DNA of 64,000 nucleotides from Octopus vulgaris (taxonomy: Eukaryota): assembly GCA_951406725.2 (NCBI GenBank), contig OX597816.1, positions 162,688,001 to 162,752,000 of the forward strand, in the 5' to 3' direction. The notes below the pieces were generated by a model. The model made no database searches. It saw only the letters and a list, made by a program, of their open reading frames with translations, and was not told where the DNA came from. A program made the translations under genes and the position numbers. Shown one piece after another: positions 55,340 through 64,000 of this stretch; the first letter of the stretch is position 1, and each line of letters starts with the position of its first letter.

Positions 55340-55543
55340 TGTGTGTGTGTAACTTTGTAACTGTGTCACCGACAGCACCTGAAAACCTTTGTTGGTCTGT
55401 TACATCCTCCTTACTTAGTAGTTCGGCAAAAAGGGCCGGTAGAATATGGCGAGGTGGTCGATCTGTTTGACTAAAACCTTTCAAAATGTTCTCTCAATGG
55501 CTGCATTCCAATGAGTGAAACATGTAAAATATAAAAAAAGAAT
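55340..55543 (+). mobile_element. SINE family A, decayed 3' half
   Basis: ACTTAGTAGTTCGGCAAAA..GGTCGATCTGTTTGACTAAA. Confidence 0.7.
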
Positions 55544-55646
55544 ATGTCTTCCAAAATCTTATTTATATTAACCACACAATATATATATTTTCTGAACATA
55601 CATTGAACAAAATCTGTTTATTGTGATGTATGCTTAACTGTAACGG

Positions 55647-55684
<38 letters not shown>

Positions 55685-56351
55685 CATGTCAGAATGATAT
55701 TTATGCTTTATGTAAATGGAATTCGCGCTACACTCGTTGTCAATATATAATTTTGATCAGAACATGTCGTAGTAATATATGATGCCTAAATACTACACGT
55801 CGTATAGCATACAAACAATATATGCTGGTAGATTTATTAAGAACCAGTTTCGCCTAATTTGTTTCAAAACGAATGATTTTTACTGCACAGCTGTTTATAC
55901 ATACATACATATGCATACACACTCAAATACACACATGTACACATATATATATAATTAGTTATGGGATTCTGTAGAATCTAGGCACGTCAACACGCAGAAC
56001 GCCAGAAATGGCTATGTGCATTAACGTAGGATTGACAGTGAGGTAAAACAACGATGAAGGTATCAACTGTAGTATCCAATTTAAACCGTAAATCCGACTC
56101 GGGGTTTGTTCTAGGTATAGCGTAAATATAAAAAGGGTGCCTTAAATGAGGTTTAAAATTTATGACTGCTGTTTTGATAGAATTTTATTGATGCATTCAT
56201 CGATACATCATAACGTAAAATCCACCATTATTAGGTAACATTTTAAACAGGTATCAAAAACACTCAGATAATACATCGATTGTGACCAATCCAACCAACG
56301 TTGTTCGATAAATGTCGATATATTATCTCGTCTGTTTGATATCTGCTTAAA

Positions 56352-56438
56352 AGTCTATCTGAAGACGGTGGACTATAGACTATTGTGTAATCTATGAATA
56401 CGTGAATAAAATTCGACCGAAACAGCTGTAGTAATTTT
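56352..56438 (+). ncRNA. hammerhead motif with a long stem II insert
   Basis: tat-CTGAAGA-c-ggt...acc-GAAA-cagctg-TA-gta. Confidence 0.6.
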
Positions 56439-56571
56439 TTTAACCCTATGTCTCTTCTCTCTCCCCCTCTATACATATATATATATATATATAATAAAAT
56501 ATTAGGGAATAAATCCAAACTTACAGGGAAAAATCAGATTTAGGATTGAATCCAATTTTATAGTAAAATAT

Positions 56572-56931
<360 letters not shown>

Positions 56932-56934
56932 GAC

Positions 56935-57273
56935 AACAAATGAGTTGAATACGCAAACAACGAGAGAATCAAATGGAAAACAAGACAATTACATAAAGAA
57001 CGACTCTTCATCAGTTGTCGGCTGCCTACCTACGACACTCCATTTTTGTCTTCTTTAGGTTTCCTTGTATGTCTCTAATGTCCTGTTTTGTTTCCAACTT
57101 TGATTCTCCTTAAATCCCAAATTTTATTTTGGTATTTATGGGAGCAACTACCTTCGGAGACTCATATTGTCACTGAATGCTCGAAATGACAACTGATGAA
57201 GGGTCATTCTTTATGTTACTTGTCCCGTTTACCATTTGTTTCTCTCGTTGTTTGCGTATTCAACTCATTTGTT
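56935..57273. mobile_element. inverted pair of CTGATGA-bearing repeat ends (PLE-like inverted structure)
   Basis: ~85-bp arms 56935-57019 and 57188-57273. Confidence 0.75.
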
Positions 57274-57336
57274 TTCGTATTTCATGTTGTTTGCTGCTTG
57301 TGATGTACTGTACCCATATATGCACATGCATATGTA

Positions 57337-57741
57337 TGTGGCTGTGTGGTAAGTAGCTTGCTTTGGAACCATATAGTTCCGGGTTCAGTCCCACTGTGTA
57401 GACCTTGGGAAAGTGTCTTGTACTATAGCCTCGGGCCGACCAAAACCTTGTGACTGGAATCGGTAGACGGAAACTGAAAGAAGTCCGTCGAATATATGTA
57501 TATGTATGTATATATGTATGTGTGTATATGTTTGTGTGTCTGTGGTTGTCCCCCTAGCATTGCTTGACAACCGATGCTGGTGTGTTTGCGTCCCCGTAAC
57601 TTAGCGGTTCGGCAAAAGAGACCGATAGAATAAGTACTAGGCTTACAAAGAATAAGTCCTGGGGTCGATTTGCTCGACTAAAGGCGGTGCTCCAGCATGA
57701 CCGCAGTCAAATGACTGAAACAAGTTGAAGAGTAAACGAGT
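57337..57741 (+). mobile_element. SINE family A, near full length
   Basis: colinear with other copies; tail close to consensus. Confidence 0.92.
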
Positions 57742-57747
57742 AACAGT

Positions 57748-58227
57748 TTAGATCTTAATAAAAAAAAATAAGAAGCCATTATTCAGCAAGACTCCCTTAA
57801 CGCCTTTCCACGTCTTCCAAACCAACGCCGTGGAAAGGCGTTGGTTTGGAAGACGGGGCAGCATCGAATGGCAACCATGTTCACCTGACCTGACACCAAT
57901 GCATTTCTTGTTTGGGGGTGTTGTAAAGAACAAGGTTTATGAGAAAACAAGAAATGAATTAAAGGATTACGTTTCTGATGCATTCACTGAAATTGATGGA
58001 GATAGGAATTTGTGCTACACTGTGTATCAGAGTGTTCTGAAGAAGTTTGAAGAATATTGCAATGTTGAAGGAGGACGTTTTGAGCATCTGAGAGATTAAA
58101 CATTGTCTGTTTAAGATGTGCATAAACAATATAATTGTAGGATAGAAATTTAAATGTAGTAAAAATGTTTTAAAAGATATTTAAAGTGTCTACGTGATAA
58201 CTGTAATCCTACTTTTGGGCCACCCTG
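57748..58227 (+). pseudogene. Tc1/mariner-superfamily (rosa/maT-like) transposase C-terminus with right TIR
   Basis: RWFGRRGSIEWQPCSPDLTPMHFLFGGVVKNKVY...EGGRFEHL*; TIR 58197-58227 followed by TA. Confidence 0.88.
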
Positions 58228-58348
58228 TATATATACTAAAGGAAAATGAGAAATAAAACCAAGGCCGGACGAAAATGCCAAGTCATTTAGAATATTTAAT
58301 TAGAGTAAGGTGAGTTTGAGGTAATTAATCAATTAATTAAATATTGGA

Positions 58349-58426
58349 TGCCTTACAGCTGTTTCTGGGATAGCCCAAGTGATAGGTTAGCATCTCCATA
58401 CACTGGGCTTTCCGTCATCAGAGACA
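58349..58426 (-). ncRNA. type I hammerhead ribozyme motif, left arm of an inverted pair
   Basis: tgtct-CTGATGA-cgga-aagcccagtg...cacttgggct-atccca-GAAA-cagctg-TA-aggca. Confidence 0.8.
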
Positions 58427-58697
58427 AGATGAGTACGGTCTATTCTTTAAACGCGAATGCAACATTCAAAATACTGCCAAAATACTGCTTGGATTTACCT
58501 GGGATTATACTTAAGGACCTATACCTTCACGGAAGCAGGGGCCAACCTCCATTTCCTCTGGAAGAAGACGAGCTGTGAACTTTATTTTCCTGTCAGCATT
58601 CTTCTGTCTACTGTTTTACTCTTTATTCTTCTATCTTGTATTTTATTCCTTTATAAACTGTAAATTCCCTGACCAGAACTTTCATACATACTCATCT

Positions 58698-58775
58698 TGT
58701 CTCTGATGACGGAATACCCAGTGTAAGGAAATGCTAACCTATCATTTGAGATATCCCAGAAACAGCTGTAAGACA
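58698..58775 (+). ncRNA. type I hammerhead ribozyme motif, right arm of an inverted pair
   Basis: tgtct-CTGATGA-cgga...tccca-GAAA-cagctg-TA-agaca; perfect 5-bp stem I and GUA cleavage triplet. Confidence 0.82.
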
Positions 58776-58800
58776 TCTCATAATTAATTAGTTAATTATA

Positions 58801-58963
58801 GGCGTAGGAGTGGCTGTGTGGTAAGTAGCTTGCTTACCAACCACATGGTTCCGAGTTCAGTCCCACTGCGTGGTACCTTGGGCAAGTGCCTTCTACTATA
58901 TCGTTAGGCTGACCGAAGCCTTGTGAGTGGATTTGGTAGACGGAAACTGAAAGAAGCCTGTCG

Positions 58964-59013
<50 letters not shown>

Positions 59014-59020
59014 TGTGTGT
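58801..59020 (+). mobile_element. SINE family A, 5' half
   Basis: complete head followed by (TG)n; tail missing. Confidence 0.9.
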
Positions 59021-59069
59021 GTATATGTTTGTATGTATGTATACATACAATCATATATATAGACATATA

Positions 59070-59240
59070 ATCGAAGGAGAGGAGCTTTCTCCGTCCGGGT
59101 TGCGGATCTGTGGAATAAGCTGCCGGACGAGATAGTGAAGATGCCGACGACTGCTCGGTTCAAAGTCTCTCTTGACCAGAAATGGCCTGAACTCTTTGCA
59201 TAACATAACTCTTTACATAACATGCCATGTATCTCCAAGC
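59070..59240 (+). mobile_element. CR1 LINE extreme C-terminus and 3' UTR
   Basis: RRRGAFSVRVADLWNKLPDEIVKMPTTARFKVSLD matches the CR1 pattern FS.RV...WN.LP..V......FK..LD. Confidence 0.85.
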
Positions 59241-59916
59241 AATCTTTCAGTCTCTGTGCATACCATTAGACCTATTTGAAAAACAGGGCGCTGGTTTATG
59301 AGAAAATATGAGGAAAAAAAGCAGAAAATTGCGAAGAAGTTTGATGCAAAAGAGCGGATCTCGAAACACTTAAGTCTACAAATAAAAGCATATAGAATAT
59401 TGGGTTTGGAATCCCCAATATGGAAAAATCTAAGGCTGCCCATAGGTTTCAGAACCGTATCCTCTGTAAACATGAAAGACAATCTACCAATATACTTTGA
59501 ATTTTCTCCATCAGCTTTAGAAGCTTTGAACTTACCAACGAGAACGTCTGTCGTATTTATGTGTGTTTATGTCCCACTTGTAGCCTTCCACTTTTTCTTT
59601 CCAAAGGTTAAAAATAAAAACCTATCTATTTCATATTATTCGAATTTACAAAATTCTCATTACGTATATATACATAAATACATGTATGTGTGAATGTGTG
59701 TGTATGTGTTTGTGTTAGCATCAAAGCGAAAGACTTACTAACGGGAACAACGATTATGTATCTCCTGAGGAGATACAACTGGACTCCATTATACAGGTAA
59801 ACCGTTGTGTAATTTAAATCCTCTGTATATATGGATCTATGTTGTATTATAACATGTGTAGTGTTTATTAAATAGATGTCTAAACGTACTCATTCTTGAC
59901 TCTGTTTATTCAGTTT

Positions 59917-59947
<31 letters not shown>

Positions 59948-60147
59948 GCAGCACGATGTTTTGTCAGTGAACAGGTCGTGGTCTCAAAGCGACGAAAATA
60001 TTTTGACAAATTAAATTTAAATGTTGAAGTGAATCTAACGGTTTTGTGTGTTTCTTAAATGGCTTATAAACACCTGCTATGCTGCAATTGTTTTCGTTCC
60101 AGCACACGATCTCAGATCAAGTCACTTGCTATGCAAGTACATCTCCG

Positions 60148-60187
<40 letters not shown>

Positions 60188-60355
60188 GCGCACTCGCAGA
60201 CACACATGCACAAACTCACACACACATACATCTTTAGAGCGTAGGCTCTAAACGTTAAAGACTTGTTTTATTTATATTTCCTGAGCGCCATACTAATACA
60301 ATTGTTTGTTTGTTTTCCACCTGCCTTCGTCTTTTGTCTATTTTCATAAAAGCCT

Positions 60356-60409
<54 letters not shown>

Positions 60410-61222
60410 GTGTGTGTGTGTGTGAGAGAGTGCGTATGTGTTTGTGTGTATGTGTGTGATACCGGACAACTCATTGCTCAAAACTCTTAGTGGCAAGAGT
60501 TTGTTTGAATCAGCTTCTTAGTGGAATATCAGCGAAATATTAAATGATTATATTGTCTGCAGAGTTTCCGGCATCGCAAGATATGTTTCAATATACGACA
60601 AATGGCATAACTCACACTCTCTTAGCTTATACCTTAAAGTAAGGACAAAGAGTATACGAATGTATCAAATTTGACTCAAATTGGGCGAATTTAAAATAAA
60701 CTGTTATATGAGAGTAAATATGTAAATTTGATGAAATGAAAATATAAAGGATTGGCCGTATAAATAGCAGAGACTGAGATCTCATGTCTGATATTGAGTC
60801 ACAACCGAAGATGTATAATTGGGAGTGTAATTGTTACTTATAAATACTTAAATATACAGTAAAATGGTGGTGTAAGCTTACAAAAATTCAGCAAGTACTT
60901 CTCCATATGATAACATTTATTGATGATTTTTGAGCTAACATTAAGATTTTGTTTTGATATACTAAGCTTACAGCGCATGAGGTAATTTTCATTTTGTACT
61001 ACTTCTGTATGGTCTGCATATGTCGAGGCTTTATCACGTGATATAAAATGTAGTACATGTGCTTTCAAACATCAGATGTGTTGAATATTTTCATTGTATT
61101 CTTCCTGCTTGTATTTCTGAAAGAAATATATGACTAAAGTTTCGTTGTTTAAAATTACCTTTCAGCACATCTGTTGTATACTATTTAGGTTTGTTTTTTG
61201 TGACGATAATTTTCGTCTAGTA

Positions 61223-62118
61223 CAATGGTTCTTAATCAGGGTCCATATGACCCTCAGGTGTCCACATAAGTTTTCACATCATTTTAATGCAATTCCGAAT
61301 AATCATTTTCACATCATTATAATCATTTTCATATCATTTTAATGTAATTCCTAATAATAATTTATTACATAAAAAGCGGCGAGCTGGCAGAAACGTTAGC
61401 ACGCCGGATGAAATGCTTAGCGTTATTTCGTCTGCCGTCTGCCGTCTGCCGTTACGTTCTGAGTTCAAATTCCGCCGAGGTCAACTTTACCCTTCATCCT
61501 TTCGGGGTCGATTAAATAAGTACCAGTTACGCACTGGGGTCGATATAATCGACTTAATCCGTTTGTCTGTCCTTGTTTGTCCTCTCTGTGTTTGTCCTCT
61601 TGTGGGTAGTAAAGAAAGAGGTATTTTTGTCTGCCGCTACGTTCTGAGTTCAAATTCCGGCGAGGTCATACTTTTGGGGTTGATAAATTAAGTACCAGTT
61701 TTATAATTGGATGGATGTAATCGACTGGCCCCCTCCCCCAAAATTTCGGGCCATGTACCTAGAGAAGAAAAGAATATAATTGTTCCTGCAAGGCGGCGAG
61801 CTGGCAGAAACGTTAACACGCCGGGCGAAATGCTTACCAATATTTCATCTGTCTTTATGTTCTGAGTTCAAATTCTGCCGAGGTCGACTTTGCCTTTTAT
61901 CCTTTCGGGGTCGATAAATTAAGTACCATTTGCATACTGCGATCGATCAAATCGACTGGTGCCCTCCCCCAAAAATTCGGGCTTTGTGCTTAGAGTAGAA
62001 AAAGATATTTTATTACAAAAATCTATGATTTTTTAAACAACGAATGGCTATGAGGGTCCACCTGTGTAAAGTAGGGATCAAAAGGTCGATAGGCAAAAAA
62101 ATATACTGAGAAACATTG
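61223..62118. mobile_element. hAT (Charlie-type) MITE carrying a nested SINE-B block
   Basis: TIRs CAATGGTTCTTAA / CTGAGAAACATTG; 8-bp TSD gtctagta / gtttagta. Confidence 0.75.
61376..62005 (+). mobile_element. three tandem SINE family B units
   Basis: units at ~61376, ~61620 and ~61792; bracketed by tttattaca(t/a)aaa. Confidence 0.9.
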
Positions 62119-62511
62119 GTTTAGTAGGTAAGGGTTTCAGTGTTGTATGACTGATCTGCAATTACGTTGTATGTATGCAAATGGTCTTCGTTAATTTAGT
62201 CAGTTTGCTTGTTATGGTTTTCATATTTGTCAACGAAAACATCCAGTGAAATCCGTGAAAGTAGAATCAGTAGATCCAATGGTAATCCGGGTGGAGTGCT
62301 GGTATGTGGATGAGGAGAGGGGCTGATAGTTTGGGAAGTGGTTAAGAAAAGTCCAGAGTAGGAAGTTCAGGCAGGATCGAACTGGAGTAACCACGTGAGC
62401 GTATAATATGTAGTTGAAATTTATAGAAAAACTAAAGACGAAGAGAGGGGTATGAACAACAAGCAAGTGTATTAGTTTGATGCTCGGGAAAAATATACGA
62501 AAAAAAAGGTA

Positions 62512-62546
62512 TTTTACGTTTCGAGCCGGCGCTCTTCAACAGAAAG
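62512..62546 (-). ncRNA. minimal hammerhead variant (CUGUUGA core) in a PLE remnant
   Basis: cttt-CTGTTGA-a-gagc-gccg-gctc-GAAA-cg-TA-aaa; same family as 45635-45670. Confidence 0.62.
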
Positions 62547-62651
62547 GAATAAGAGAAAATAAAGAGAGAGAGAAAGAGAAGAGAGAGAGAGAGAGAAAAC
62601 ATTTAGATTTCAGCAGTCCATAACTCATTTAATGTTATTTCTTTTGAAAGA

Positions 62652-62863
62652 CGGCGAGCTAGCAGAAAAGTTAGCACGCCAGGCGAAATGCTTAGCAGTA
62701 TTTCGTCTGTATTTACGTTCTGAGTTCAATTTCCGCCGAGGTCGACTTTGCCATTCATCTTTTCGGAGTCGATAAATTAAGTACTAGTTGCGTTATGGAG
62801 TAGATCTAATTGACTGGTCCCCTCCATCAAAATTTCGGGCCTTGTGCCTAGAGTAGAAAAGAA
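62652..62863 (+). mobile_element. SINE family B monomer
   Basis: full head and central domain. Confidence 0.9.
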
Positions 62864-63164
62864 TGTTATTTCTCCTAAATAGGAGATACTTAACAATATT
62901 TGACTGAGCATTTAAAGAGGGTGGAGGTATTAACCTAATACTATTGTAGTGTCTCTTACAATTAATTGGTTGACAGCGTTCGATATGGAAGATGACCTAA
63001 TCTTTGAATCTACTAGTTTCTAGTTGCTTATGGTAGCTGGGGTCACATTGCCGAAGATTTTTAGATTCTATGAGAGGTTATAAATTCTACTGATGTTTTG
63101 AATTTTGTGTGTGCAGGGGGAGGGGAATTCACTTGACGGCAGGAATCTGTATTCATCTTTCTTA

Positions 63165-63375
63165 TCTTTTATTTTTATTTGTTTTAATCATTAGACTGCG
63201 GCCATGCTGGGGCACCACGTTGAGGAAATTTCTTGTCAAATAAATTGACCCCAGTATTTATTTTGTTCTGAGGTTAGAACTTATTCAATCGTTCACTTTT
63301 TGCCGAAGCGCTAAGTTACAGGAACGTAAACCAACACCGGTTGTCAAGTAGAGGTGGAGGACAAAAGCAGACACA
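63165..63375 (-). mobile_element. SINE family A, 3' half
   Basis: gactgcggccatgctggggcacc..gaccccagt..gccgaagcgctaagttac. Confidence 0.8.
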
Positions 63376-63389
63376 ATGGCACACACACA

Positions 63390-63435
<46 letters not shown>

Positions 63436-64000
63436 CATGCACACAACATTCATCTAATCCAAGACATTGCAAGAAAACTGGAAAATTGTGTGCAAGGTAA
63501 ATTACTACCTGTTATATCCAAACTGATCTCACACAATTTATATCTCAGTAAACAAACAATATCCTTCAACGAGTCACGACATCTTACTTGTTCACTTCTT
63601 GCTATGACTATGGTAAATTTCGACAGAAATATCGGTAGTTAATGTCAAAATTAAAGCTTCGTTTTGTTTCCTTCTTTATATTTTAACTAATTCTATCTGC
63701 ATTATTGTCGCTCTTCTAGGTCACAGCCTATGGATGTAGGTATGTATGTATGCATCAACGTATGTATGTATGCATGTAAGTATGTGTGTATGTATGTATA
63801 TGAGTGTATCTACACATTTCATTCTCGTCTTTAAGGTATCATTGCAAAGGTCAGGCATGATGATAGCTTTTAAGAGTTACCGTATGTATGTGTGTGTGTT
63901 TGTGCGTGTGTGTGTGTGTGTGTACGCGCGTACGAATTATTCAACTCCATAATCATGTGGATATAATTATATATATATGCAGATATAGTTACAGCATTTT

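Noticed and set aside
59756-59778. Hairpin gtatctc-ctgag-gagatac containing CTGAGGA as a hammerhead
   Set aside because: No GAAA, stem III and UH downstream
60563-60638. Possible exon between ctgcag and gtaagg
   Set aside because: Splice-like sites only; neither open frame is recognisable and no partner exons are evident

Overview
This is AT-rich, repeat-saturated animal nuclear DNA with no host protein-coding gene that I can support; most ORFs in the track are translations of microsatellites. The mix of tRNA-derived SINEs and long (TA)n/(CA)n/(GATA)n tracts resembles an octopod cephalopod genome (inference from recalled repeat families, not from a search). Contents: more than 35 copies of three tRNA-derived SINE families (here called A, B and C); decayed LINEs (CR1/L2-group, Tx1, R4/Dong-like RLE, RTE); Penelope-like element (PLE) remnants; mariner/Tc1 transposase pseudogenes; pogo/Tc2, hAT and foldback MITEs; and a Helitron end. 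Main observations: (1) about ten minimal type I hammerhead ribozyme motifs with palindromic stem III, including an inverted pair and a fold-back centred on stem III; (2) a homogeneous, CpG-rich array of about 89 x 24 bp with a binary A/T variant code (16275-18404); (3) a SINE-head/LINE-tail chimera; (4) one SINE head carrying four different 3' tails; (5) a foldback family with variable spacers between inverted TTCGAA motifs; (6) short unique islands rich in developmental transcription-factor sites, including a perfect DR2. All coordinates were read by eye, and boundaries of decayed repeats are approximate.
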